Positions 34,820-48,400 are shown, counted from the stretch's first letter. The stretch: DNA of 64,000 bases from Podarcis tiliguerta (GCA_965153285.1 OZ229129.1); one strand, 5' to 3'. Program-made: numbers and translations. The notes: generated by a model from the sequence alone, not told the origin.

Positions 34820-35090
34820 CTCATCTACCTTCAAAGACATGAGCAAAGAGATGTGTTTTCTTAACCTGCTGGTGTTAATGTACAACAATAGTGCCAAGTA
34901 CACTTTGGAAGGGAGGGAGTTTCAAAGCCTGGGGGCCACCATAGAGAAGGTCCTTTCATGTGCCAGCATCCTCCAGACCTCAGATGGCACCAACACTTCT
35001 AATAGGACCTCCCCTGCCAATCTTAACACTCAGACATATATGTTTGGGAGGAGGTGCTCTTTCAGATATTTGGAGCCCTGGCACTATATT
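34820..35090 (-). mobile_element. Old L2 3' fragment
   Basis: gggagggagtttcaaagcctgggggccaccatagagaagg, typical reverse L2 3' region. Confidence 0.6.
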
Positions 35091-35096
35091 GCTATG

Positions 35097-35490
35097 TAGG
35101 GATCAGTGAATTTTTCAATTTCAATTTCTTTCCATTTCTCATTTTTCCCCAGTGTTAAATTCAGTTCTTCCCATTTCTACACCAGTTTGCAATTCTTTTT
35201 TTAAAAATGCATGAAAATTTATCAGCATTTTAGTGTGTATTTCTGCTACTAACCACTTTTTTATTTACAATTTCCCTTCGATATGCACAATTTTTTGCAT
35301 ATCAAAAGTTCCCTAATATATAGATTTTTGTGCTTATTACTTGGCAAGAGATTTTCAATGCAAAATTTGGGTAAATGCAGATTTCAAAGGATAACTTTGT
35401 TTTGGTTTGCATGTTGTTCTGGAAACTGTGAATTGGAAAAGTTTGCCTTTAAATGAAAACTGAGTTGGAATTCTCCCCCATCCCCAATCA
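35097..35490. mobile_element. AT-rich non-autonomous DNA element (family also at ~31115-31300, ~44792-45660, ~61810-62150)
   Basis: Recurrent shared internal sequence and tagggat.../catccc ends. Confidence 0.5.
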
Positions 35491-37479
35491 TAGCTGTGCT
35501 TTACCAAAAACAACAACCCCAGAACTGATCAGTGCTCCTTGGGAAATTTTGTGGGCAGCCTCACTTCCTGCGAAGCTCATGGACCTAGAGAAACATAAAA
35601 AGTACGCAGGAAAACACAGCTAAACAATTCTTTGTTGGACCCATGATCTGACTTGGAGGGGGTGGAGATTATTTACATTGCCTTTCAACTTGAAAGTGGG
35701 GGACAGACCCACACAAACAACCCCCAATTCACATTGTTGTGCAGCATTCACACAGAGCAATTGCAACCCCCTAGTATAAGCATTGCAAAATGTTCCTACT
35801 TGCAGCTACAAATTTCACCAGCTGGAGCCAGAGACTCCAGTTTCTATCTCTTTTTTTAAAATAAAAAAAAATAGAGTGCTCTAATTACACAAATATTTTC
35901 TTGTACAGGCAAAAAAGTAATCAATTTGACATTAATTGCCTCTTCCCCCCCCTTCCCCTTTGGCAGCTGGCCCCTGTAAATGCAACCAAATCCTGTACTT
36001 TCAGAACTTTGCTCGTCAGTTGATTTGATGGTTAAAATGATAATTGGTATGAAAAGAATAGAGCAGCACTTGTGGGTAGGAGACTACCCTGGGGGATGTG
36101 AAGCCAAAGCAGAACAATGATTTTATATTTTTCCTTTTGTTGAGTTTTCATTGTCTAAGTGAGGTGCACATAAGAGAAAAGCGGCAAGAGAGCACAGGAA
36201 TGCAAACACTCATTTTGTTCATTTCAGAGAGTCAAACGGCAAATAGGAAATTGCAAATCTGCAAGCTGTCTAAATTCTTACAATTCCCACATTGCAAAAA
36301 AAGGAATTAAATGACAACTGTAAGGCACCCATTGTCTCAAACAAGGCAATCCAGCAACCAGTCTTGGGCACCAAACTGTCTGAACAAATTGTGGTGGGTT
36401 ATGAAAACATGGATTTGCCGCCATAAATCTCTGAGAGCCTTGAATGCCATCCGTACAGTCTACACCTTCTTTATCAATTGACAGATGACATGTGGGGACT
36501 AACAGGAGCAGAGGAAGCTGCCTTATATCAGGTGAGACTGTCTAGCTAGCTGAAGCCAGATCAGAGTAAGGCCACAACTTTACTGGCCTCATTCTGATCT
36601 GATCTCTAGCTTTTGTTCACATTCCTTGACGGGTAAAATTTGGACCAAGCAACATCCAGAGAAAATGTATTGATGTCAACAATTATTTTTAAAAGTCAGT
36701 GGTGGCTTTGCTGCATGAAAATTGGTCTGTGTCTGTAGTGGGCAATATCTGCCAGCAATATCTGCCTTTGAGAGCTTGATCAAATATTAAAAGGAAGGTG
36801 TGTAGCTCAGTGGTAGGGCTTAGTGGTAGCATAAGCAGAAGTTCCCATGTTCAGCGCCTGGTATCTATAGGTAAATCTGAGAATAATCCCTTTCTGAAAA
36901 TCCTGGAGATGTGCTGGGGGAAGAAAAATACTGATATAGGTAGAGCAATGGTAACAGCTTTCCACATGCTTTCCTATTGCTCAAATGTAATATTATTTTT
37001 AATCATTTGGTTTATTTTTAGCACATAGTACACAGCTCACCAAATACCAAACAAAAAATAAATAAATAAATTCCAAGATTGGTTCCAATTGATTACAAAC
37101 ATTTCATAAACAATATGTCATTTCCCTCTGAAATTATAATCTATTATTTCGCTCAAGTGGAATAATAATGCTGTAAGAAAACTAAATTTATCTCAGGCGC
37201 CTCAGCAGGTTGATTCTTTGTTATCCATTAATTGTTAATGGCAGTGTTCCATTGAGTCTCTGCCAGTTCTACCAACCTCGGGTTTCTCAAGTGATGTTGT
37301 AGAATTCAACATAGATGTTAATTAAACTTAAAAACAAGATATTTTAGCCTAATCAGTCATCTAAATGAAGTATAGTTTGGCTCAGATTGCCTATTTTTGT
37401 TTTTAAACTGTAATCCCCCCACCTTACCATATATTTTATCTAAGTGTGGCTCATTAATTTGGAGGAACTGAAGGCCTAG

Positions 37480-37870
37480 TTTGCAAACTGAAGATCAAGC
37501 AGAATGTATCTGGAGGACAGCAGCCAGATGGTGAAAGGTCTAGAAACCATAATCCTATGCAGAATGGCCAAAAGAGTTGGTTATGTTTATCTTTGAAAAG
37601 AGAAAATTAAGCAGGGACATGATAGTGGTCTCCAAATATTTGAAGGATTCCCATGCATAAGATGGATCAGACTTGTTCTATGTTGTTCCTGGAGGCAGAA
37701 CTAGATAGAACCAATTGCTGAAAACTGCGGGGAAGCAGGTTTTGGCTAAGCATCAGGAGACAATGATAAGAACTAATTGATAGTGGAACAGATTGGGTTG
37801 GTAGTTGGTGGACTTTTCTTCACTGGAATCAATTAAACAGAGGCTGGGTAGCCATCCATTGGGGACTGCT
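37480..37870 (+). mobile_element. Old CR1 LINE 3' fragment
   Basis: Degenerate CR1 ORF2 end (gggacatgatagtggtctccaaatatttgaagg...aaacagaggctgggtagccat). Confidence 0.7.
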
Positions 37871-38021
37871 ATAGTTTAAGAGTGGGAAATCACCAGCCAA
37901 ATGCATCTGGCTTTTGCATGGCTGCAATGTAACCTACTGTACAAAGAGAAGACTCACATCCATTGCTTTACCCATTTCTGGCTCTGGCCCAAAGCATCAC
38001 TGGCAAATTGCACCTGGAATG

Positions 38022-39200
38022 TAAGAGTCTGCTGAATCAGGCCACTGGACTATCTAGTCCAACATCCTGTTGTGGTTTGAGGACCCGACCCCCGCAATGT
38101 GGAATAAATACACAAGGACACGTGATATAAGGTTAATGGGCAAGAAAAGGCCACAACTTTATTGATTACAGCAGTGAAAAGGTATTGGCTTAGGCATTGG
38201 ATGTCCAAAACAAGGAGGGTTTATTCACCAGTAGGTGGAGCCTGTTGATGCTAATCCAACTATAGACTCTCCCCTGATGTCACCGAGGGTCGTGCCATGG
38301 CCTCCCACCAAGCAGGCATCGGACAGAATACACGACCGCCAGATTCCTTTAACGGAATACCCAAAAATTGAAGGCATAGGCGATGGCCAGGCCTAGCCCT
38401 TAGACACACCACAACACATTATTCCAATGCCTACCATACCCAACAATACCACAAAAGTTGTGACGATTGCTACAAGGTAGGCGAAAAAACCAAAAAGCCT
38501 AATGCCAAATGGAAAAATTCCTACCAGGCCCCCGGACAACCAGGGCGACCAACCTAAGGTCCATAGCAAGGCCATGGAAAAAACTTAGACCCTGAGCTAA
38601 AAGGGAGTGGAGGGTGGGTGACTCGCGACGGGACGACGGAGAGTGAGGCCGAGGAAGGGCTGGCCCTGCAGCATATAGGCTGCTGTACACGCCCCCCTTG
38701 GCAGCACCTGGTTGGGTGCCTGCCGATGGGTGTGGGCGCCAGCCAGGTGAGTGGGGGAGGCAGGGGGCTAACGCCCCCTGCTAGGGGCGGTGCTCGGGCT
38801 CCCGCCCACAACCACTCCCCTCTCTTCCAGGGAGGAGAGTCTTTATCACAGTAGCCAACCAGATGCCTGCAACCAGGTCTCAAGCATAAGAGCCCTCCTC
38901 TGTTCAGTGTTTTCTAGCAACTGGTGTTCAGAGGCATTACTGCCTCTGACTGTAGAGTCAGAGTTATCATGGCTAGCAGTGCTTGATAATCTTATTCTCC
39001 ATGAACTTGTCTAATCCTCTTTTAAAGCCACCCAAGTTGGTGGCCATCACAGCTTCATGTGGGAGCAAGTTCCATAGTTTAGCTATGTGCTGCATGTAGA
39101 AGTGCTTTATTTTATCTGTCTTCCAACATTCAATATCATTGGGTGTCTACTAGTTCTAGCATCATGAGAGAGGGAGAAAAACTTTTCTGCATCCACTTTC
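38022..39200 (-). mobile_element. CR1 LINE 3' end, split by the Ngaro-like element
   Basis: ctagtccaacatcctgt|...cacagtagccaaccagatgcc...taatcctcttttaaagccacccaagttggtggccatcac. Confidence 0.75.
38071..38850 (-). mobile_element. Young Ngaro/DIRS-like (or LTR) terminal-repeat element
   Basis: CpG-rich; on the minus strand a TATA-like cctatat, then acccaccctcc, then caataaagttgtggcc; inserted in CR1 without a clear TSD. Confidence 0.6.
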
Positions 39201-39535
39201 GAGTAGCTACACACCAGCCACGAAATCTTACTGAGTTGCAAAAGATCTGCAAAGAGGAGTGGGACAAACCTCCTGAGGTGAGTGCAAACCTGGTGGCCAC
39301 CTATAAGAAACGTCTGACCTCTGTAATTGCCAACAAGGGTTTTGCCACCAAGTACTAAGTCACCTTTGGCAAAGGGATCAAATACTTATTTCACTCATTA
39401 TAATGCACATCAATCTCTGACTTTTTGTCTTCTGGGTTTCTGGGGGTTTTCCTGTTGTTATTCTGTCTCTCACAGCTACAATAGACCTACCATTAAAATT
39501 ATGGACTGGTCATTTCTTCGTCAGAGGGCAAACAG
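39200..39535 (+). mobile_element. Tc1-like transposon 3' fragment (transposase C-terminus and part of the long IR)
   Basis: [45 protein letters not shown] followed by caaatacttattt repeat motif. Confidence 0.85.
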
Positions 39536-41067
39536 GCTTATGGGCAGGCTTGATATGGAGAAAACAATGACAACTCCAACATCCAGGGTATAATTATTTT
39601 TTGTTGGGTAGGAGATTCCATTGCATCAATGGGCATTCCCCTCTCAAGCCACGTATCAGCTTAGTTGGAGGATGAGGAAGTCTGATTTTCCTCCAGTCTG
39701 TGGTGTAGTGAGGTTTGACCCTATGGATGCAGCAGGAAGTTACCTTATGGTGGACTTTCCAAATGAAAAGAAGAAAACATAAACAAGTACTTAAAAGTGA
39801 AAATCTCAACTTTGCAGAGTAGACTCATTTGGAACTTGATATTACTATATGGCTGGGGAGCCAACAATATCCTCAAGATATAGGTAGACTGTATCTCCCA
39901 CAATCTTTTGTCATTTGCCATCCTGGCTTGGATTGATGGGAGTTGCAGTTCAGCAGCATCTGAAGGGCTAACTAACTCCCTCTGCTACATGGCTACCATG
40001 CAGTTCATTGATTAATTGTTCTGAAGAGGATTAACAAGGTCCAATCACCATTTTGCGCAAAGATGGCAGAGGGAATAAAGGCAGAGAACATTTGAACTGT
40101 CACTTCAATATGGAAATTCTGTGCACAGTTTCGGGCCTTGTGGTATGTGTTCAAAATGGTAATTATTTTCACCTTTTTTTTTGTCCTTCCAGTAAATATT
40201 TGCTCAATAAGGTAATTACATCCCAAAGTGTAGGATTTTGTGTTTTCAACAAAAGGTATCTACAGAATGTATTTAAGCAAGCAATAAGCTGCCTTTCCAG
40301 TGGTGAAACTTCTAATAAATATGCCAGTTGCGTATAAGGGAAGTGGAAAATTAATAATGAATTTCTGACTTATTAAAATCTATTATTCTGAAGGAAAAAA
40401 AGAAATTGAAAAGAATGAGTGTTTAATAGAAGAGGAGGGAAAGCTCCCACACTCTGCTGTTCCCTTGTGTCTTAGTTCTATTTTAGAATAAATTATGAGA
40501 GAGAGAGACAATAAAATAACTGACAAATTAAAACACATTCCATTTTTGTTTTTTTTAAAGTGCCACTACTTTGTATATAGGTGAGGGTCTACATAATGCA
40601 GAAAGCCATCTCCTTCTCTTGTTGTATTCCAAAATTTCTTAAAGGTTGAAAGACTAGAATTAAAAAGACAATGTATCCAATACCCCTTTTCACATAAAAG
40701 CAGTGCATTTTGGCAGACTAGTTTTTCTACAATCCATTAGTCCCCATTCACAGCAATTCCCTTTAGTATTATACATTTACTTTGTTGAACCTCTTTCCAG
40801 ACTTAGGCAGGCATCTTGTAAACATTTACCTGGGAGTAGGGTTATTTGAGCATGCTGGGACATTCCTTTGAGTAGAGATTGTTCTTGGTGTTTGCAAAAT
40901 CCTTTTTCTCTTTACATAGGAAAGTCTACCCAGCTAGGAAACTTGACATGCATTTTAATATGTAATTTTATTTCCTAATATATATTCTACAAAGTAGTGA
41001 TTTTCTTTAAATGTTAGTTGTCGGCTTGCTTTTAACATATGATTTTATCAGGGTTTAAAATTTACAT

Positions 41068-41650
41068 TGTTATGCACTACCTCAATCTCCAAGTGGTCTG
41101 AGATTCCAGGGGCTTCAGGTGGCTTACCCAGGATTCATGTTTCCTTTTGGAAAATGAGGCACACCAGAGACTGTAGTGTCTTTATGATATATGGTTTATT
41201 TACACATGGATTCCAAAACAGACATTAACCATGGCTCTGACTTTCTGCAGCTTGCTGACTTACAGCCTGCAACCATTCCCCTCCAGCTCACATCATCCCC
41301 AACTGCAGTCCTAAACTCTTCTCTGCTTTGCCTCTGCTAACTATTTCTATGCTCAAGGAAGGGCCCCACCTCTCTGCCAATTGGCACAGAGTCTTCACTT
41401 TCTTAATAACCTATTACCTTCCCTTTGTTCCCTTATAATGACCCATATCTCAGGTGATCTCTTGAGGAAGCTGGCCTGACATATTTTAACATAAGCTGAA
41501 TCCAGGGGTTTAGTGTCCAACACCCACTTTAATACTGCAATATTCATTCATTCGGCCTTCATTGGCATAATTACTGCAATCACTGATTAAATTCTAACAT
41601 TTACACCATCCAGGAATTTAGGGGAGACTGGTACCCCATGACTCATAACA
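41068..41650 (-). mobile_element. Solo LTR-like element
   Basis: tgttatg...cataaca inverted termini, near-TSD acat/atat; homologous to 18808-19282 and 63792-64000. Confidence 0.7.
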
Positions 41651-42029
41651 ATATTTTGTTTAGAGGTTTTGATAACTAGGCAGTAGATAAATCGTGTTAA
41701 TTAAAATAAAATAGAGGTTTAGTTCTGTGTCGTAAGATGACTTTTTTCACAACAAACAAACATATGCATAATGGAGAAGGAAAACTCTGATCCTAAACAT
41801 CCACTGCCCTGCAGGTGTAGTCATTCATGCAATAGGCTTCGGGAATAACCCCTGAGGAACAAGGTGTACCTTGTGCCTTGCAGGACATCTTTGGGGGGGG
41901 GGAGTCTCAGGAATAAATTTTACACAAATCCATTGTGGGAGGCAGCACTCATGAGTTATAAGCTCAACCTCATCAGCCCAAAGGACTCTTCATACTACTC
42001 TATAAGATAGTTTACCTAAGCTCCACCAT

Positions 42030-43215
42030 ATGATTGCATCCTTCCATGAGAACATGTGTGGCACCATCCAGTATGATAGCTCAACCTTGGACACCTTCCA
42101 ATATAAAGAACAGTGTGAAACAGGGCTTTGTCCTCAAACCAACTCTCTTTGGCATACTCTTCTTCTCTCTGTTGCTCTCATATGCCTTCAGCCTTAAGAC
42201 AGTGTGCATATCCATTTCAGGAGAGACGGGGGCTTGTTCAACTTGGCACACCTCCATGCCAAGGCAAAAATATGGCTTGCGCTTATCTGAAACATGTTGT
42301 TTTCAGTAGACAAAGCCTTGACAGCACATACTGAGGGAGCTCTATAGAGTCTCAGCAACCATTTTGCCCAAGCCTGCATGGAGTATTGTCAGATCTTTGC
42401 CAGCAATCCACACATCAGTACTGGTGACCACATGCTTGAGGTGGTAGATGGTTTTGTCTACCTGGGCTCCACTATAACCAGCAACCTTTCCATGGACACT
42501 GAGTTGGACAAACGTATTAGCAAGACAGCTACAGCAATGGCTCACTTCTCCAGAAGAGTATGAGAGAATGTGATGCTAATGACCAATACTAAGATGAAGG
42601 CCTACAAGGCTTGTGTATTGAGTATGCTGCTTTATGGAAGTGAGATGTGGGCAACTTACACCTGCCAGGAGCACTGTGTCCATGCCTTGTGTTAGGAAGA
42701 CTTTGGGCATTACATGGCCTGCCAGAGTCTCAAACAAAGATGTGCTTGCCCATGTCCACATTACAGTGCACCCCTGTTTTAGGGATTTCTATGTTGGCTT
42801 GGCCATGTCCACAGAAAGGAAGATGGCAGGGTCCCCAAGGACATGCTCTACAGGGAGCTGGCTTCATGCACTAGGCCTGGTAGGAAACCAACTCTGTACT
42901 ACAAATATGCCTGCAAGCCTGACATGAACGCTATTAACATGTGGGGATCCCTTGGAGACGATCATAGTGCCTGGAGACAATCAGTCAGGTCATGTATCCA
43001 CAGCAGTGACCAGCTGGGAGGAGCACAGAAAGAAGAATTGCCATGTTGCATCTGCATCAGCACAACCAGACACCTTCATCTACCACACCTGCAACAAAAC
43101 ATGTTTCTCCCATATCAGTCTCTACAGCCACAGCAGGCGCTATAACTCTCTAATGGTTTGACTTCACTCCTGAAGGTGCACTCTTCCATTGTTTCCTGAG
43201 ACAGATGGATGCCAG
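42030..43215 (+). mobile_element. Decayed RTE-clade LINE (non-Bov-B) 3' region
   Basis: VKQGFVLKPTLF, LEVVDGFVYLGSTITSNLSMDTELDKRISK, C-terminal C..C...H finger (TCNKTCFSHISLYSHSRR); frameshifted. Confidence 0.85.
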
Positions 43216-44462
43216 CCAAAGCAGTGGGAGCCAATGTAGTGCTGTCCAGGTATTGTTTGACTCCAGGACTCAGTATCTTTGAGTACTGGCTCCCTTGGCT
43301 GGGGCTGATGGGAATTAAAGTTCTGGAGGGCACCATATTAACCACCTCTGCTTTAAGGAACAAAATAGGAGTATATAAATTGCCACAGGCATGAAGCAAA
43401 CTGGGTGACTTTTGATCATTCTAAATACTCTTTTGTTCAACTGCTAGTGCACTTTCCTCTTTTCTCCTTTAATTCCTTAAATGAGCAGTAAGGTTTGTTC
43501 TGTAAAATCCATAAATCAGCCATTACAGTCAGGTTATTTATGATTAGGCAAGGGTTCATCAATCAGTTTCAGTGTCTGAAACAGCCCTTATTTTCAGTAG
43601 TTTCTTGTGATGTTTCCATTACAAGGCAATATATAGGTCTAGAAAAGAATGATACTGATGTCGAAGTAGGGCTTGGACATCTGGACAACTGTGAATAATG
43701 GCATTGACTCTGCACTTAGTTGAGATAATTTCTGCTAATGCAGAAGAAAGATAATGCTATACAAAGCATCACTACCAAACATAAAATTCAGCTGAGATGG
43801 GAGTGGCAAAATTACTGTTATCAGATTCACGAATGCACTCACAGCTCTCAATGTGTTGATTCTAAGGATGGAGATAGATTCAGTTCTATGCACATTTTCA
43901 TTTGAACCTGTCATGTCCACAGAATGGAATATGGCAGGATCCCCACAGGCTCTACAGGGAACTGGCTTCAGGAAGTGGTACAAAAGTTATATTTGTCAAA
44001 CTTAACTTCTTCAACCTGATTACCTAAATTCAGAATATATGCACTGGTGAGGTTCTGTAAAAATCTGGTAGCAACTTTTATAACTTGTAAAAATAGTTTT
44101 ATAAGTTGTGTGTCCTTGTTTCTCAATTTGATCCTTTTACACGGTTTTGTATGTTTTGTGGTATTTTATGCTTTGTGATTTGCTGTTTTTTTATTGATTA
44201 TAGATTGGGAATTCTTTATTGTGGTTGATAAGTGCAAACTGTTTGATTACTATTTCCTGATGTTTAATTTTACTGTTTACTATTAGATTCTGATGGCTTG
44301 TTGAATGTTGCTTTGTTTGATACAAGTTGTTTATTTTAAGGTTATTGTGACTTCTATATTGGATCAGATTGTTACTATTAATATTTGATGTTTTATTATG
44401 TTCTTATATGTGTTGGAAGCCGCCCAGAGTGGCTGGGGCAACCCAGCCAGATGGTCGGGTAG

Positions 44463-44463
44463 A

Positions 44464-44505
<42 letters not shown>

Positions 44506-44506
44506 T
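44463..44506. repeat. (ATT)n tail of an L2 3' end (~44385-44460)
   Basis: Trinucleotide run after gcccagagtggctggggcaacccagccagatgg. Confidence 0.85.
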
Positions 44507-45076
44507 ATTATCTCTCTGGCTCTATGGGTAAGTGTACAGGTGCAGTCTGTGACTCCCAAGCCAAGGTCTGGAATCAGTTCCTCTCTCCATGTAAGGTGAG
44601 CCTTTGGTATGTGAACCTAACACACACCAACCCCACAGTTCAGCATTAGGGCTGAACACGCCCTCCTGCACATGTGCAAGGATCCACCAAGCCAAAGGCA
44701 ATGGAAGGGCAGCCTCCGTTATCATTACTAAAACAATGCTGGACTAGATAGGTTCTTGGCCTGAACCAGCAGGATCCTTCTTATGTTAAGAGTAGGGATG
44801 AATGTATCAGTCAATTTCAGTTTCTTTCAGTTTCTCATTTTTTCCAGTTTTAAGGTCATCACATTTCCACAACGATTTGCATTAAAACCACCACCACCAG
44901 CAGCACCAGCACCAGCACCAGCACCAGCACCAAGAATCTGCAATAAGTTTAGTGCATATTTGCCCTACCAAACTTTTTGTATACATTGTTGCCTGATGTT
45001 CATCCCCCCGCCCAAGCAATTTATCCTAATATGCATCTTTTATGTTTTGATAGTAATACACACAATTTTCTGCACT

Positions 45077-45497
45077 TGTTGTTGTTGTTGTTTAGTCGTT
45101 CAGTCGTGTCCGACTCTTCGTGACCCCATGGACCAGAGCACGCCAGGCACTTCTGACTTCCACTGCCACCCGCAGTTTGGTCAGATTCATGTTTGTAGCT
45201 TCGAGAACACTGTCTAACCATCTCATCCTCTGTCGTCCCCTTCTCCTTGTGCCCTACATCTTTCCCAACATCAGGGTCTTTTCCAGTGAGTCTTCTCTTC
45301 TCATGAGGTGGCCAAAGTATTGGAGCCTCAGGTTCACAATCTGTCCTTCCAGTGAGCACTCAGGGCTGATTTCCTTAAAAATGGATAGGTTTGATCTTCT
45401 TGCAGTCCATGGGACTCTCAAGAGTCTCCTCCAGCACCATAATTCAAAAGCGTCAATTCTTCGGCGATCAGCCTTCTTGATGGTCCAGCTCTCACTT
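45077..45497 (-). mobile_element. Bov-B LINE 3' fragment
   Basis: Near-identical to 6332-6871 and the reverse of 32924-33364; (TTG)n tail. Confidence 0.95.
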
Positions 45498-48400
45498 TAT
45501 ATTTGTAAACAGTATTTCTTTGGACAGCTGCATTGCTAAATTTGAAGACCTACAAATCTTGAAAGATAGCAGTGTTGTGGTTCACATATTGGCTTAAGAA
45601 ATATGAATTAAATCATTTTTTATTAAGAAACAATGAGAATCAAATTTCTCCCCATCTCTTTTAACACTTTTATTTTCAAATATAGCCATATCCCAACAGA
45701 CAGAAGCTGCATTGTCCCGCAGGATCCTACTACCAAGCATCATCTTCACAGCCTTTGTTCCTGAGAGCCTGTTTGTCTCTTAATGCTCCATTTGACCCAT
45801 CCTCAGCTCCTTACCTCCCAGAATGGTCCTTGCTAGCTTACGTGCAACTGCCCTTTATACAACTAATTATCCTCACCATTGCCTCCTTTCCAAAGGCTAG
45901 TGTTTGAAGGATTCCATTTGCTATTCTCCTATCATATGCCCTCCAGCTAAGTTGCTTCATACATTGGCAGGAGCAGGTTCTGAAGAGAAATAAGAGGTTG
46001 AAAGATTTCAAGCACAACAGCAGATAATCTGTGGGGGAGGGGAGATTCGCTGCAAATAATCTTGCACTCAGTGGGTGATTGTTTATTTTCAGCCTTGTTG
46101 AATGTGAATGAATTTTTCATCTTAAAAATGCTTCTATCACAGCAGTGCTTTGTTATTGTTGCCCAAGATCCTTGTCCTTTCTTGGAAGCAAACAAAATAC
46201 ACGATAAAAGGTAACTGTCCAGACTGCATGGCTGAAGTGTTAACAACCCTACCACCACCCCTTGTTAGCATCCACAATTCTACTAAGCATGACTGCAGAA
46301 GACTCAGAGGGAATGCAACCAGGAGTGGATGGTGAAGCGGGGCAACAACACTTACCTATCCTCCTGGTAAGTGCTCACCAGGATGGAGTGTGGGGGAGGC
46401 AAGGCAGTGGAGATGTCACAATATACAGATACTCTGATAGAGCCAATACAATGCTTCTGCTGGTGTATTTGAATGATTCTGTACTTTCCATCACCTTTCC
46501 CATCCTTAGTTGAGATTCCTGCATTGCAGGGGGTCAGACTAGACAGCCTTTGGGAGTGCCTTCCAACTATGGTTTTATGATCCCACTGTCCCTTCCAGTA
46601 ACCGTTAGTGACCACACTACTGAATAAACCTGTAGTCCTGTTGCTCACAAAGTGAGGAATTTATGGGACATCTTGTAGTGTACAGAGAGTAGGATACTCT
46701 CTGTTTTAGAGTCTTTTAACTTCAGAGGAGTTCTTCTCTCTGTACAGACTTTGTAATCTTGTGTAAGTCAATGCATTTTTTACACATCGTTAGTTTGTTC
46801 GACAATCAATAGATAGAGATTTATGCAGCAGCTTGTAGCTTGTATCAATGTAAATAGAAATTGACTTAAAATCCTACGAAATAATAATTCCTACTTGTGT
46901 TGTTGTTTCACAAAACACAAATATAAAAGCCTTTTCAGCATGTAGCAAGACAAACATCCAAGCTTCCTATGTTTTTGGCAAACCCTTCCACATTCTTAAT
47001 AGATTTGAATGGTTTATTGTCAGACTCCTGTGAAGATGCAGGCACTGGCTGGCACAAAAGCACTCTGTATATCCAGCAAGGCCACATCTTGTTAGTTAGT
47101 AAGGACAAAAATGAAATTTATAGAAAGAAAAAATCCCTGGATGTCAATATCCATATTTGGGTCAAGTACTCTTTGCTGAGAGAACCCCAGCAAAATCTCA
47201 CAAAATATGCAGCAAAGTACAGTGTGGAAACATTGGCAGTTAGGCATTTGAAATTTGCCCTTCAAAGTTATTATTGGTATAGGAACACAAAAATGGCTTG
47301 TAAGAGCCATGCTGCCTGAGCTTGGAGCAACCAGCTCAGACCTCCTCACATGGTGAACTTCTTGGGTAGACTGAAGGAGAGCAATAGGCTTGATTACCTT
47401 CCTCCAAAAACGAAAGGGAGTGGCTTAGCTACGCCTGGCAGGACAGCTTATTCTATGGCACTAACCCCTTCATATATTCATATTGGTTACAAGAGCCTGG
47501 TTATTCCACACATCTCTGGCTTGATTAGATCAGCTTTTGATGCTCAAAAACTCATTAAGAAATTTCATGCATTTGAATGGAAGACTTGAAGGGCCACATT
47601 ATTTCTGAGTCAAGAAATGGGATGCCAGTGCATCCCTTTGACTCACTATGAACCCCATATGACATGATGTTTATGTAGATATGCCGCCTTCATAGTTAAG
47701 TAACTATGAAGCTTTCCAGTATGAAACCCATCTCCCTTGCTAAACACATTCTAGACCGGGGTGGAGAACCTCAATCCCAGGAGCCATATACACCCCTCCG
47801 TATCTGACTCAGAATTCTCTCTGGGTCACACTCCTTTCTGCAGGCCATACCCCTCGCTGACCTGGCTTCATACATTTTTGCCTGTCTGAAATGTGTCATT
47901 GAATTCTAATAATCTATGTCTGCATGGAGGATAGAGAAAGGTGTGTGTAGAGACAGACCAATAAAATTTACATTTATTCTTCCACCCACTTTTGTCTCTG
48001 GCCCTGCCTACTACTGGTATGTGGTTCCCAGAAAATTTCACAGATTTAATTCAACACTTGGGTTAGAAAAATGTTTTACCCTCCAGCTTCTGCAGAGTCA
48101 TGCATTTTGGATTTAAAACGATGAAATCTAGTATGTATTTTGGTACCTGGAAAATGTCAGCAGATTCCTGTAGACGTGAGAGAGAAGGAAATAATTTCCT
48201 TGAATGAAAAGGTGCATGTGTGAGAGAGAAATTTCTTTCCCCTAATGGGTGTAAATTTTAGCTTTATGTAGTTTCAAATGGGACATCAATATTATTATTT
48301 TTTGCCACCCATAATGTGAAAGGCAAGTAGGTGATAATAACATCAGCTGCAACAGCACATTGTTGCTGATGGCTAGAACAAAACATGGTTTCTTTTCTCC

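Noticed and set aside
44783-45539. ORFs with PAPAPA and poly-C tracts
   Set aside because: Made of microsatellites, a MITE and antisense Bov-B
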